Shown here piece after piece: positions 14,368-28,917 of a stretch of 64,000 nucleotides of DNA. Location: positions 5,270,001 through 5,334,000 of the forward strand of contig NC_134028.1 in the NCBI RefSeq assembly GCF_964204645.1, read 5' to 3'. The translations under genes and the position numbers were made by a program. The notes below the pieces were generated by a model. The model was given only the letters and a program-made list of their open reading frames with translations. It was not told the origin of the DNA and made no database searches. Origin of the DNA: Tubulanus polymorphus. Taxonomy: Eukaryota > Animalia > Nemertea. Every line of letters starts with the position of its first letter. The first letter of the stretch is position 1.

Positions 14368-17300
14368 TCATTAACCTTCGAGCTCCTAGCTTTCCATCTA
14401 TTGAGCCATGCTGAAAGATTTCCAGATTCAAAGTTACCGAATCCATTCTCATCGGATGCAAATCTCTAATTGCTACACACAGTCTATAGCCATTCACCGA
14501 GGCAATGGAGAATGACCAAAAACCAGTAGAAAAGCGATGACCTCATAAGGCTTTGTATATGTATGAGTATTCGTTACTACTATTGACAATGTTCAGCGTG
14601 AAAATTATGTGTTCATAAACGGGACTTAAACCGTATGTTGAGTAATGTTGAGTGCCGCTAACAAGAACTCCTCAATTAGTTTTCATCCTTTTTTCCAAAG
14701 AAAGATGTCTACCCATGTACGACGTTGATTTCTTTGTCTGTCACGAGCCTAGTATCCTTTAGTAACAACTTTTTTTTGCCTCACTCGGACGATGAAATGT
14801 GATACAACGGTTTTGGGGACCTAGATCGGGAACTTAGTTTACCACTCGGGGAGTATACTCATGTACTTAGTCTGGAGGTTATTGCTCAAAACCATTTCCA
14901 CAAAGTTAAAGTTCGACTATAGATTTAGCCTAACTAACATCAGAAGAATTAATTCACACGTAGAACCACAGTGAACCAGCCCTTCAGAGTCAGGGCGGAT
15001 CAAAGGGGAGGGTGTAGGGGGTGGGCACCCCCCTAAAATGTCAAGTTGCCCTGAAATTTCACAAGAAAAAGAAAAATGTCTAACTGATACCTAAAAATGT
15101 TTAAATTCATAATATATTTGTCCTATCAATTTCCAAAATTGAGTCGATGTATTGCGATGAGCTTTTTTTTTTTAGGGGCCCCTTTCATTATGTGACCTAT
15201 TTTTGGGTTGCACCCCTCCGTGAATGAGACCCTAGATCCACCCTTAAGAGCGCAAACACACCCTTAAGTAACACTATCGAAAGAATATATCTGTTGTTTC
15301 AAGATAGATATGAAAATCGCATCAAACTTGGCACTTGAGCATCTTTCATCGTCCAGTAAAATCAACCGGAACCATCAACAAGTTAAACACAAACTTTATA
15401 ACGAGGATATGACGCAGACTGTTTTCCAAATTTACATACCCATCATGACTCATCACCAGGATCATGTGATCAGGTCATATTCAAATTAGTGAATGAAATT
15501 CACGCGGTGGCAATTGAGAGTTGCGAGAAGTGCTTTCGAAGTGTCGAAGTCAACCAGTGGTGTCATCGACAATTTTGTTGAAATATCCATAATTTCAATA
15601 GAGAGTTTGTTCATATTTACCAGCACGTTTTTAGAATTTATTGACCGATAAAAGTTTTCGAGTGTACGTCGAAAAATACCGGGGGGAACGTTGAAGTAAT
15701 GGTTGACTCCGAAATGAGAACCGAAACATGCTTGACATCAGCGAACTTTCGCAAACTTGTGTATACAGCATCAGAGTCCTTCAGCGACCTTCTCCTTCAA
15801 AATGAAGCATAATTTATATTCTAGTGATTCAGCGAAATATCTCCAAGATTCAAACCATCATATGTTGCATTCATTAAAAGCCACTGATGTAGTTGTGTTA
15901 GATTTTTATTCTCAAGGCAAATCGCCCATAAATTTCGCCTTGGCAAATTTTTCTTGTAAGTGTATAAGTTAGAAGTTGAAAGTTGTTGGCACATCGGTCC
16001 TGCGATGTGTCCTGTTAAACCTGATGATAGCGATAGCTAAAAGGAACCTTTCCAATTCATTTTTCATTTTGTGTTGTGGGATTTTACCATTTCGCGTCAT
16101 GCGTTTTGTTGAAGTCGCATGATTACAAGATTCAGTCCATTTGACTACTTTGACATAGTCTAGGGCAAGTATGACATGACTGAAGTAGCCAAGTTGGCAC
16201 AGTTACGTAGACTAGAAGCAAACTTTGTGGAATCCTTAGCTTCTTCAACAATTTTTGTCACAAACTCAGTAGTCACGACAGTCGCTATCATTCTTTCTAT
16301 TCTTTCTCGAAACATCTGCTGAACGCTGATAGCTAGTGTCTGCGACTTTACTGGAAACAAAATCACTTTGCACGCATGTAAAACGTTCATCAATATTCGC
16401 AAATGACTTCGGTTTCGATCGACGAATTCCCGTAATGATATTCATATCGTTTTATACGTGGTATGGACATCTTTGAGTCTCGTACAGTGAAGTATCATCC
16501 GAGCACATCATTACAATATACATAAGCAAATCCCTGCTCTATGTATATCATAACATTTGTTTTTTCCGATATTATCGACATAATTCTCATAATTAAATCA
16601 GTTTCCTTTTTTTCGTTGTCGGGCGAGTCTGTAATCAATTAACTGGACACTTCAAACTACTACCAAACTATACACATATATAGAGATATATTTCGATGAA
16701 ACCTCGATAGCCCTCGTTTTGAAAATTTTGATTAGGTATCGGCGAAGGATAACCGCGATATGCAAAAACGAAAAAGAGCTCCGTGCTTTTGAGGCGAAAC
16801 GGGAAAAAAGACATTAAGTGATGTCCAATCTCCCAATATAAACACTAGAAAGGAGTTTATAGGAATATTGCCGATACTTGCATGCTCTCAAGTCATACAT
16901 TAAAAGGTCGTCTCGTCGATGGATAAAGGTAAATATGATCTGAACATAAAAACAACTTGTCGATATTTGTGTACATCGGCTTATCCTATACAGGCGTACA
17001 TATTCATTTATTCAAAAGTGGATATTCTATATACATTATATATATATATATATATATATCTGTAAACGGAAGAACTAGTCATATGAAAACGGAGGCTGCG
17101 GTTACTTCAGAGAAAGAAACCTTGAAGTCAGTAATGATGAGCGATGCTCAGTGATCAGGGATTTAGAAAAAGTGGTTACTTAGTATTAGTATATGTACGG
17201 CAGGAGAAAAAGTTAAACTTGACTCAAATTGGTTTTTCAACACTTAAGTCTAACATTCACTCAGAAACTGAACTGGAACCTGGTCTTTTAAAATGAAAAA

Positions 17301-19614
17301 AAGAATTTCATATAGGTTATTTTATTACTCCACGCTCAACGAAAATTGTCATTGAATTCGCGAAGTGTTACGCTTATCAAAGGTCAAGGTCGCCGAAATT
17401 GTGGTAACGGGGGATAGGAACTAGTATGTAACCTTGTCGTCTTACCGCGACCTTTAACGTTGGAAAATTAGAAACATCCGTTTCGAAACGTCGTCGTTGT
17501 CGGTGCCTGAATCGATCTCCTCTCTCTCTACACACCGCCGTCAGAGAGACACTAACAAAAAATAGTTTAAAAACCCTTCACTTTAACTTTCATATGAATA
17601 CGCTATATCTAGAAAAACAAACCCTAGGAGCTACTCGAACCTTTTCACGATTAAACTCGCGCCGATGATTCCTGTCAATCTCGTAGCGTCGCGGCTGCCG
17701 ATGATAGGTTATCACGTAGATCGCCTAAAACAATGTTCTTCCCCACTGTGTTATTAGCGCGATATCGATGAAACAATCTCGTCTCTATTTAACCATATTT
17801 TCCCGTGTTTTATGTATGTCATTCTTCGAATGCGCCTCGATGATTTACATGAGAAACATTTCGATTCAATTTCCAAAGCTTACGACGGACGGACTAAGCA
17901 AATTTCGTCTGCCGTTCATTTGCCGTACGTTTGCGAATGAATTTGGGAGACCCAGGGTGAACTTCAGTTATCGTAGTTAGTCGACTAGGGTGACACATTT
18001 AGGGAAATTCGGTGCAAAGATTGATTCAGTATGAATTCATTTGGTGGAGGTGATACACTGCCGGCGAATTTGCTAATTGCCGATTATATGAAGAGCGTTT
18101 AAATTATGGTGCACTATGCAAAATTGGGCGAAAATCAATTAGCCTGGTCTATCACCGGAGTAGTTAGGGTACCCCACCTACCCAAGGGCCTTACAATATT
18201 CAATCAAGATTCATGTGTTTAATTCGAAAAATTATTTTCTTTTTCTCAGTCATTAGAAATAAGTTAAGATAAGTTATTTATGAAGATTAGGAGGCACCTT
18301 CATTTCAATGGATATCCAGAATTGAATATCTACTATGGTAATAAAGAATTTGATCGAAATTGAATTATATCGCTGTATGCAGGGAGGTGCGATGTAAATA
18401 AAGTATTGAATTGAAATTGAATTATCAGCCCCATCGTTTTAAAATGTCAAGCACGAACATTAGATATATGAACCACAACCGTTCAACTTCGCATCAACAG
18501 ACTTGCTATGGTTACAAATTTAAATTTTCAAATATACGCGTCGGTCTGAAATTCGAATCAAACGATAGTTCATCTTCGTATAAACAGACTATATCGAGAC
18601 CGGTTTTTTTTTCCATTATTCCCCTGTAGGGCTCGCTGAACGCGCGCGCATACATCATACATAATCCGCCAGCAGCTAATCATTCAAAAATGATTCATAT
18701 GACATTTACATTTATACGAAAAAAGTCTAGAATTACATTGATATTTCGTATCGCTTACGGTTCTGACATAAACAACGTACAACGTCGAAGAAACGTTTGA
18801 CTGATCTGAGAATGTTGAAAATGCTCTAAGAATAGCGGCAATTCTAGGTATGAAACTAATCAATGATGTTTAACTACCGGTATTAATGTAAATTGTTATT
18901 TTAGAATTTAAATTGGCCAATTGAAATCAAAATATAATTCACTCTCTTTTTCATTCTTACTCTCTCACTCATCTTCTTTGTCCCGACTATTCTCTTCTCA
19001 CTCTTTCATGCCCTCCCTTCCTTCTGCCTTTTTTTCTGCCTCTTGGTCTACCTTATGTCCTTTCCATTCCGACTCCTGTCTTCGTTCCTCCCTTTGGTTT
19101 CCTCTCTCTCTGCCTGTTGCAACCTCTTTCATTCAACTCGCACCCTATCTGATGCTCCCTCCCTCCAACTCCCTTCCTCCCTCCTACTCGCTCCCTCCAT
19201 CTTACTTTTTGAAAATTTATTCCCCATATCCATCATGTCAGAGATGTCCAGCTATTTATTGCTGGCATAACGACACATCGGAGCAAATTTTCCAGAAATA
19301 TATGCCACGATTTATGATTCGGACGACGATAGCAGATAAACATGTTTTTTTTAGTACATATCACGCATCAAGCCGCACTAAAAGCCATTGATTCCTGTCA
19401 CCGATGATCTACAAGTAAATACCACATCAGATAACATTCGCCGATTACATGGTCAAAAGATGGCGACTTTTCATATTCAAATAAGACGTTAGTTTTTAAA
19501 GTTTTCTTTCTATTGCGGCAGAACCTGAGAAGGCTAGGAATAATTATTTCTTACTTAACTCGCACGAGCTCTAAGTCGAATAGGGGATTTCCTAAAGCGT
19601 TGACTTACGGGTCT

Positions 19615-19899
19615 AAAGCTACGATCACATGAATGTTTGGTACTGGCCAACTATTCACACAGGTGCCAAAAGGTCTGCAAAATTCAGCCTAACCAAAATC
19701 GTCGGACCAGGCCCGAGCCAAAATAAAGCACAGGTCAAATTATTGTATATGAATTGCAGCTGCTTCCAGATATAACTCACTTCGCTTTACTGTGGAATTG
19801 TTGAGTAAATGTTTTATGTGCGAATGCACTCTCTAATTAGGCACGGGCCAAATTTGACTCTGGGGTTGATCTGGGCTAAATCGTGAGATTACCGCTTAA
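19615..19899 (-). mobile_element. MITE family A copy
   Basis: Reverse-complement core; termini aaagctacgatcac ... gtgagattaccgcttaa. Confidence 0.7.
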
Positions 19900-20524
19900 A
19901 GTTCAAAATCTACCACGGCTCAGCTCGCAATTACGTAAACATTTACTCGAATGTACCGATGATTGAATCGGTTATTTTTAGGACTTTCGTCACATTTCAA
20001 AATAAATATCGCTCAATGATATTTGAAATGAGGATTGATATGTACGCAGTTCTGCGCCGTCTGCTACTGATGTTATAGAGGAAGTGAATAGAAGACTATA
20101 TCGATCGTCGGGGAACCTCAAGATGCCCTCCAGTTCAAGTCAAACAATAATACATACGCAGTACTGTGTATACCTCATCGGTTTAAATAATCATATTCGA
20201 TGGATTAAGAAATGAGCATTGATCGTAAAATAGATTTTATAGAAATATGTAGCGTCGCGCGTACGCCACGAACGGTTTAAACTCAATATAAAGATGTCGC
20301 AAGACGGTAGCGCGCTTCGGGGCAATTTCATCAGTCTCAATTCAAGCGCGTTTCAGCGTTTGGTTGAAATTGTTATTGTTTTAGACAGCGACGCAATGAA
20401 AACGGCACGCGAAATTTCATTGCCAATAAAATCCATGAGGCTATGAAGTCAAAGCTCGTTGAACAATCAGCCGTTAGCAAATGTTTTGATCACATTTGAT
20501 CTCTCATTTCAAAATAACAGTTCT

Positions 20525-21070
20525 GTATCCCTTTCCCTCTCTATCTCCCTTTGTCCAGTACCCTACCCCTCTCTCTCCCCTACCCCACCCTCTCCCTCTC
20601 TATTCTAACTTTGTCCAGTACCCCTCTCACTAACTCTTTCCCTCCCTCTCCTCTCCCTCTCCCCTACCCCACACTCTCTCCTATCCCTCGCTCTCTATTT
20701 AACTTTGTCCAGCACCTCTCTCACTAACTCTTTCCTCCCACTCCCCTCCCTCTCCCCTAGCCCTCCCTCTCCCCTACCCCACCCTCTCCATTTAACTTTT
20801 TCCAGCACCTTTCTCACTAACTCTTTCCCCTCTCTCCTCCCTCTCCCCTATACCTCCTCTATCTCAATTTGTCTAGTACTCCTCTTACTAACTCTTTCCC
20901 TCCCTCTCCTCTCCCTCTCCTTCCCCCAATCCCTCTCTTTCTCCCTTTGTCCATCACCTCTCCCACTCTTTCCCATCTTCTCTCCGTATCTCTTCTCCTT
21001 TCTCCCTCTCCCCTACCTCTCTCCTCTGACTCTAACTCTTAACAAAATCTTATTCCTCTCACTTTTCTTT
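20525..21070. repeat. Pyrimidine-rich degenerate minisatellite
   Basis: ctttgtccag.accc.ctcactaactctttccctcc units. Confidence 0.8.
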
Positions 21071-21680
21071 TCGAACGACTCGCCACAACATTACTTGCGG
21101 ATCACACGAAATTTCTATATTTCGCTTGCTATATCTCCATTCATAATGATAACGAATCTATCACGGCAGGACATCAATAATACATGATAGGTCAGTGATC
21201 CAGCTAATTATTTGATGGTGTCGCGAGTCCACAACATCTACCGAAGCCCATTATATATCACTTTCACCTCTGATGTTCTTATACCTAGTTATCGATACGG
21301 ACAAATTTTCTTCTAATGCCTGATAGATTTTCCCGTGACAATAACTGCTACTGCGCCGAGACAGAACGCGAAGGATAATTAGGCTATTTACTCGGGATCC
21401 AAATACTGGTACTTGACTGAATTGCTAGAAAATGCAAAACTCCTTCAATTTTTATACAGATTTGTGACAGTGATCTTCCATTATGTCTAGAATAGAAGTA
21501 TCAATACCGTAACAAACATATCTAAAAAGTCACTCTCAGCAAATTGGTTTAGTGTGTATTTGAGGGAAGCAAGTTTAGAAGCAACTCTAATAGTTTCTGT
21601 CGGTAAGAAATATTCATTTTCGGATATTTGCAATATATATTCTACCATTAGCTAGCTCTCATCCTCAAAACAAGAAACTC

Positions 21681-21990
21681 TAAAGCCACATTCGCACTAT
21701 CACCAGTTAGACCGTGGTAAATTGGAAAGGACCAAATCGGAGGTCCACATACGCGCTGTTGAATTCGCTGAAGACAATTATCACTGGTCCCGCAAGATGG
21801 CGCCACGAGTATCATACCCGGAAATTTCATATAGATTCAAGAGTGCCTACCGTAGTTCGTTTCGAAAAACCTGGATCGGTCTTTTAGGTCGGTCCAAATT
21901 TGTTCTGTTTAAAAGGGTGCGGACCAATTTAGAACAGAATTTTCGCTACTGTGAATGCTTGGTCCCTTCTCGATTCCAAATTCAAGCTGT
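21681..21990 (+). mobile_element. MITE family B copy
   Basis: Shares cactatcaccagttagac and cctggatcggtcttttaggtcggt with 8423-8785. Confidence 0.62.
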
Positions 21991-23177
21991 TTTAAATAAC
22001 AAAGCTTAAAGCGATAATCTATTTGTTTGTGGTATATTTGAGACACGGAGGAGTCCTCACAGTGAGTGTATATTCCAGCAGCATTGATTAGTGATGGACG
22101 TATGACGTGTCTATCTGCGACTAAAGCAAGATAAATTTGTTTTGTTGAACCACAGGCTAATTTCGACATCAATTCTCTCTATGTATAGGGTTTACTTTAT
22201 AGGGTTGTATTTCACGCGACGATAAAATACACACGTTATACCAGCGACTGAAACAACCGCTTTCGGGTTCGGCAAAAACGACTAAAGCTGCAAGCTGCAA
22301 TTCATTGGGTTATTTTGAGAAAAATACACAGACTATTCTGCGAACCGATACATTAGCAAAATCTCAGAATCTAAGCAATGAAAAGTTTCGAGTAGATCAG
22401 ATTGATGTTAACTTAGTTTAACGGGGCATGACAATATAAACCCTCGTAGTATCGAAGTCTTAGGAGAAATTTCTAAAACTCCAGTGACCCAAGCACGGGT
22501 ATGAGATGGGCTCAGTTTGAGGGCATGGGTTACAATATTTTCCAAATGACGTGCGGTTAAAAGGTGCGACCCATTGGCCTGGTCAAATATAGTTAGTTTA
22601 GATTAGTTTAGGCAACCAAGGTAACTTAAGTCACCACCAGTGCAGTCACAATAGTCAAATACAGTCCACCTAGTCAAATCAGTGGCAGAAAAAACTTATG
22701 ATGAAAATAGCAATTTTTCTCAGTAATAACCGAGTGACATTTCAGCGAAAGTGAGCGAAATTTTTAACGTTTGTTGAAACATTGTTGAAACGCTTCTTAT
22801 ACCGGCCATCAACGAACTGCGCATCTAAATGATATAATCCAAAGCCCGGGATTTCGGACGCATACCTTTACATTAAGCATCGAGAGGATTATAGGAAATT
22901 GATCCATTTCGAAGATGGAAGATAATCCCTTCTTACGATTAAACATTCATCGTTAGACATCGAACAAATAAAACCGTCATCGCGTCAGAGAGCGACTGAG
23001 AGCGAGGCCGTTCTAGGAGTAGCCATCAATATAGATACACGACACATTCATACTACATAAACTTCACTATTGTTGATATATTCAGAGGACCATTACTTTG
23101 AAATAACAAATAAAAAATGCTGATTGTTTAGAGGGTTTAGTTTGTCAGGAATTGGTTAGCTTGATCCCTTTTCTCAG

Positions 23178-23368
23178 CCTTGACTATGCAACTAGCCCTT
23201 TGGTTAAAGCCTTGACTGTACCACTAGACCTTTGGTTAAAGCCTTGACTGTGCCACTAGTCCTTTGGTTAAAGCTTTGACTGTGCCACTAGTCCTTTGGT
23301 TAAAGCTTTGACTATGCAACTAGCCCTTTTGTTAAAGTCTTGACTGTGCAACTAGACCTTTGGTTAAA
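23178..23368. repeat. 32-bp minisatellite, 6 copies
   Basis: ccttgactgtgccactagtcctttggttaaag consensus. Confidence 0.92.
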
Positions 23369-23952
23369 TTGGACTATAGACCAAGTTCCACATTCGTGCA
23401 TTCGATTTGACTTTGTGTATCATTCTATACTCTTGACCATCGCACGTTATTAAATAAAGTTTATCAAAAAGCAAATCAGACATTTTTAAAAAGTCATATC
23501 CCGCGGGGATATCTGATGATTCTGACTAATATCGCTGTTAACATTTTTCCACGACTAAAGCCAAACCCAACATGACTAATCACAAAAAAAACCATGCTTT
23601 TCTTTTATAAATCCGCGGGAACGTTCTAGAGAGATACACTCCCAGCGACGTTCATTGTTATATATATATATATACATATGATATCGGTAAATAATTAATT
23701 GCGAAAAAGAAATGAGATGCAGCTCAGAATAGAGATACCTGATCAATCTAACCGTTTCGTTTAATCAGTATCGCATTCGCCGATGCTCGTATTACTTGAA
23801 ACATCTACATCGAGTCCGAGATTGAGAAGCTGATTAATTGAAAAGGTAAAAATGACAACAAAAACGACGACGAGATTAGTAGTAAACGGAAACCGCATAA
23901 CGCGAGAGTTTGCGAGTTGTTTATAACTGAAGCTGTTTCTTTCTATTTACAG

Positions 23953-23993
23953 AGAATCTGATAATAAAGAAAACTCGAAGACGATAAAGGAAG
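23953..23993 (+). other. Candidate 41-nt internal non-coding exon
   Basis: tttctttctatttacag| acceptor, purine-rich body, aag|gtaaga donor. Confidence 0.5.
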
Positions 23994-24127
23994 GTAAGAC
24001 TTTTGTACAGTTTACAGCTGGAACTGGTTACATAGTAAGGGCTTAATACAAGACAAGTCTCTAAGACCATCATTTCTATGTATAGCCAATCCAATACCTT
24101 AAGACCAGTCTTAGATTTCAGACCGCT

Positions 24128-24205
24128 TTAACCCTTTCAGTGCTGACTAATCAATACCCTATAGTGCTGGAGATAATTTGAAAATTTTAAAAAAATTACA
24201 CATAT
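24128..24205 (-). mobile_element. Terminal fragment of the same piggyBac-like MITE
   Basis: ttaaccctttcagtgctgactaatcaataccctatagtgctgg... is the reverse complement of about 41015-41088. Confidence 0.65.
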
Positions 24206-24616
24206 TTTGAAAGTTCATATTTCTTCGCTTATATATCATAGGACATATTCGAAATGTTGAGATTGACCGGACTTTATCTGGGGCAAACATATAAATCGTT
24301 ATTTCGGATGGACGTTCATTGATATAACGGATGCTATGATCTTTCATACATGTAACAAGTCCCTTAACAACAACTAATACGAAATAACATTATAATTAAG
24401 GGAATATATTCATATGGATGTTGAATGTCTCCCGTTGCGATCGTAAATCCTACGAGCGGCCATTCTATTTCGTCGTTACTATCCTGGGATTCTCAGTAAC
24501 TATCAGTCGCGTCCATACAATAGTCCAGTCCATCAGAATGATTCTTATATAACTCCGAGATCGCATCGCATACAGAAGCATATCATATCTAGACTAGAAC
24601 TGAGGGAATGGAGCTG

Positions 24617-24972
24617 TGGGGCCATTTCAATATTGGCAATTCTAGTAAGAACCTTCAACTCGTGGTAATCAATGCAGAAAGCATTAATATATAGAGACAA
24701 TGTGTACCTTATATAGAAATGAGCATAACTACCAGTGCGCCTAGTGGATCCTCCATTGCCACAGGAGGAATCCTCCGCTGCCAAAGCAGCATTACCAAAA
24801 CCCAGGGGGCCATTTTCGTATTGGTAATTCTATTCTAGTGTAAATCAATGCAGGAAGTTTGTAGACAATGTGTACCTTCTATAGAAATAAGTAACTACTA
24901 GCACACCTAGTGGATCCACCATTGCCACAGGAGGAATCCTCCACTGCCAAAGCGGCATTACCAACATCCAGA
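24617..24972. repeat. ~180-bp tandem duplication
   Basis: acaatgtgtacctt...cctagtggatcc.ccattgccacaggaggaatcctcc.ctgccaaagc.gcattacc occurs twice. Confidence 0.85.
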
Positions 24973-25645
24973 GCGTGTCATTGATTTTCAGTTATATTTA
25001 TACCTAACACTTGTTCGGTAATTGCCATCATCCTGAAATTGATGCGTGCGACTGCAGCAGTAGCAATCTTCCAGTTACCGCCCGTCACGCCTATTCAATA
25101 ACAGGTTTACCCGAAAAATACCCGTTAGAAGAGAGAAACGCATTGATTATAATCATCGCCGATAAGCGATTCGATGAGCATTCGAAAACATGTAACGATA
25201 TAATTACGGGTGGAAATACGGATACATTCGATCGTCGCGTGTAACAGTCGACTCGTCGTCTTTGAAGCGCACGCCGATAATGACCGCAATATGACCGACG
25301 CGTTCGATTTCCTCGGCTGTCATCGTCAGGCGCAATATAACGACCTATAAAATCGGGTACATCAAAAACCGCGCGATCGATTTCGACGTCGTCGATCTAG
25401 AAAGAACTATATCGAAAATCGCGTATTCGTCGGTGGAGTTTGGCATCGCCGACGAAAAACTCATTTCTACATTCAAGTTTTAAAATCTTCAACATACTAA
25501 TACGATTATCTAAGAGTATATGTGTATGTAGGTGATAGAAATTCTGCTCATATCGATCTAAGGATGGGTTATTGTTTCGCCTGCAGGGGAAAAAATCTGA
25601 AATTTCATTCTACGATATGCCCGCAAAACAGTAAACTGATACCAA

Positions 25646-25906
25646 GGAGAAAGAGAGGGAACGAGAGAGAGGGAGGCGGAGAGAGAGAGAGAGAGGGAGA
25701 GAGGGGGAGAGAGAGGGAGAGAGAGAGGGAGAGAGAGGGAGAGAGGGAGAGAGAGGGAGAGAGAGAGGGGCGAGAGAGGGAGAGGGGGAGAGGAATAGAG
25801 AGAGAGGGAGAGGAATAGAGAGAGGGAGAGAGGGAGGGAGAGGGAGAGAGAGAGGGGCGATGGAGGGAGAGAGGGGGAGAGGAATAGAGAGAGAGCGGGA
25901 GAGAGA
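25646..25906. repeat. GA/GGA purine-rich simple repeat
   Basis: Directly visible. Confidence 0.92.
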
Positions 25907-27552
25907 CAGTTGAAATCTGTGTAATTGATTCCATACACTTACTGCATGCTCACACCCAGATCATTGGATCGTTGTCGTACATACATTAGATATCTACGGT
26001 CCGTAACCAAATTGCGCTGAAATTTCTAACAGCATTAAGTGGATTTCAGTGTGTAATTGATCGCTGCGCCACTTTCCAAAAGCGGGATGGAGAAATTGGT
26101 TTTTATCAGGTTCACTGTTCCGTTGATATCCAGTGAGATCGTTATAATGTCTTTCACAAGGTCTAGAAATAGAAATACTGATTGTTCGACAATGCCCCCG
26201 AACTACGTTAAAAATGAAAATCCAATATCTGGAGACTGGTCTCTATTCGTTAGAACGATAATTGGTTCAAAATGGACTTGTACTGGCTATCGAACAGAAC
26301 ACAGTCTGTTAGCGCTAAACTGCATTCAACAAGTCGACTGTTTATATTGCGTGGGTTTTCCGATAAACGGCATTCAGCGCAAGACGACAACGCAAACGCA
26401 ACATCGAACTCTAACCGATTCTATGATTTTCTGTACGTACGGATTTCAACTGCGGATCGATCTACCTCAGTCGAAGCTATAAGTTTACATCCTATTCTAT
26501 TTTATGTAATAAAAGTTACCTCTACGGACTGACGACGACGCAGAAATTCTCATGCGAACCTCGCCGACGTTGAGGATTACCGCGACAACTGAAATTAAAC
26601 ACCTAAAAAGCATTTGTGTGTCGCGTTGTGCCGGGCGGCTAACTGTTGAATATCGTTGGAAAGATGAACATCTTCGATAAACAGCTAATGGTTATGTAAA
26701 AAACAGCCCTCATCAGGGGAAACAAGTGTGAACAAGTCAATTCGCCACGATAGAAACTCTCTTGAAGATACCGACAATGAACTACATATTGTATACGTAT
26801 ATATGAGCTATCTGTTGGTTTAGATGAAATAGGTTTTGTCCGATCAATTTTTACGTTACGTTGATATTTAGACTGTTATTCCTCAAAACCATCGTCAATA
26901 TCATAAACTGACTCCTCCTAAACGAAACTTTCAAGGACGCGCATGGATCCAGCTATAGTAAAATTGAATATTTCTATCGCGCCGAACTCGACGCTTTTAT
27001 CGCCCACTCAAAGGTCTAATTTATTTGCATGATGCGAAATCGTCGAAACGCATTTGCGGCTGAAAGTCTAATATATAAATACGTATTATAAAATCTGCAT
27101 CGAGAAAATGCATTTATGACATGATTTCAGATGCAACATTTCATTTTTCATAAGTGAAGATCACATTTTTGAGTAATGCGCATTGGCTTTGATGGCTGTT
27201 AATGTAAAAGCTGATGTTAAGTGCAGCAATTAATATTTGTTATCAGTTCACTAAAAATCAGCGACAAGCGACTGAAGACTCCGCCGCTGCGTATAGACTA
27301 TTCTGAAACGTTAGTGAATCGCAGTGGTTGAATAATTTTGAACCCACGGGTGTCGTCAATCCGAGAGGGTTCACCAGTTCAAAGCCAAGTGGTTGCTGGG
27401 TTTCATGGTCAATGGTTCTTCTAGTCTCCCCCCTATATTTGAGAAAAAAGAAACCACGCAATCGTTTATGATGGTCTTAGTGGTGGCGTTCATGTCATTG
27501 GGTTGACAGATTTAGAAAAAGACTTATCCCTTGTAAAAATTAGATGTTCAAA

Positions 27553-27843
27553 TAAGCCGCGAAAATGCAAGCATTTTCAGCCCATGCCAAATTAAGCCCC
27601 AGAACAACTGTTCACATGGGTGCCAAAAGGGTCCATGCCTGTTTAAAAACGTTGGACACCTGAATGAATTTTAGCACGGGTCAACATTGCATGGAAATGA
27701 TTCACTTCACTTTGTTTGAGCATTGTTTAGTATCGGTTTACTTGTGAACGCGCTCTCTCATAAGCCAGGGCCCAAATTAGAGTCGGGCCTGATCCGTGCC
27801 AATTTTATCGGGGCCAAATTGTCTCCGTGTGATCGCAGCTATA
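27553..27843 (-). mobile_element. MITE family A copy
   Basis: taagccgcga ... gtgtgatcgcagctata. Confidence 0.7.
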
Positions 27844-28632
27844 GTCCCAGCTTGCTCCCAGCAATGATTTAGATGGAAAAACCACATGACACAATTCTAC
27901 AGTTGTGAATAAGGAAAAATCATCAGGAAATGAATTGGATTCTGGAGAAGTTGATATCTAAATCATCGAACAAACTTTCAACTGAATCGAAAATTTCGCT
28001 TCGAAACTCAGGAAGTCGCTTTTTAACTGCCGGCAAAAATTACGATCTATTTTCTTAGATTCCGCTTCAGTCGCGACATTCAAAAATTGAAACGGAGGAG
28101 TTGAACGGAGAATACCAGTAGCGAACCGCAGCAGTGGCTTCCGTTCTCACCGTAACGACATGCTCCCGGTTTTAACTACCTCGATATATTATTAAAATTC
28201 AATTAGCCTCGACCCGGGGAAAAAATAGCGACACGCGACGACATCAGAAACTCTGCAGGGTCCGACTCGTCGATGTTAATCCCTTCAATTATAACCGAAC
28301 CGCGCCTAAGAGCCACATGCTGCTCAGACCTCGGTTCAATTAAACCAATAACAGTTCGCATTCAAATTTAATGACGTCGACAAATTGACTGCGCGTTCTA
28401 GTTTCTTCTTCTTCTTCGCGTGAAGCCCCGCAGACGACAACGCGGAAAAGTTATTTTCGATTGCTTAAATTGATTTCGGAAATATGATTTAACTGCCGGT
28501 GAAAACAAGCGCGGGGACGATGAAAATACGGAGATTGTGATGAAATCGTGACTGAAAATTCAAACAGTTAAATCTAACACGGTTGCAGAATTGAGGTCCA
28601 TCTTCAAGACTAGGACCTCGTTCCAGTCTGAT

Positions 28633-28917
28633 GCCGCGATCGAATTGGCCCGGATCAGGCCCCAGTCAAATTTGGCCCGTGCTAATTAGAGAGCGCATTC
28701 ACGCACAAACCACTGCCTCAATACCTTACAATGCTCAAACAAAGCAAAGTGAGTCAATTCCAAAACCAGAATCTCCAAATCACATACTTTAATTTGACCT
28801 GTGCTAAAGTTTGGCTCGGACCTGCTCCGACATTTTGGTAAGGCCAAACAGGCACTGGTCCATTTAGCAATGGTGCTGATTGGCCCAGGACAAAAATGCT
28901 TGTGCGATAACGGCTTA
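28633..28917 (+). mobile_element. MITE family A copy
   Basis: gccgcgatcg ... gtgcgataacggctta. Confidence 0.7.

Noticed and set aside
16021-16048. CTGATGA-TAGC-GATA-GCTA-AAAGG as another hammerhead
   Set aside because: Lacks the GAAA box and stems I/III; the other isolated CTGANGA hits likewise lack stem II
18921-21187. 156-aa and 160-aa plus-strand ORFs
   Set aside because: They arise from pyrimidine-rich low-complexity tracts that lack stop codons
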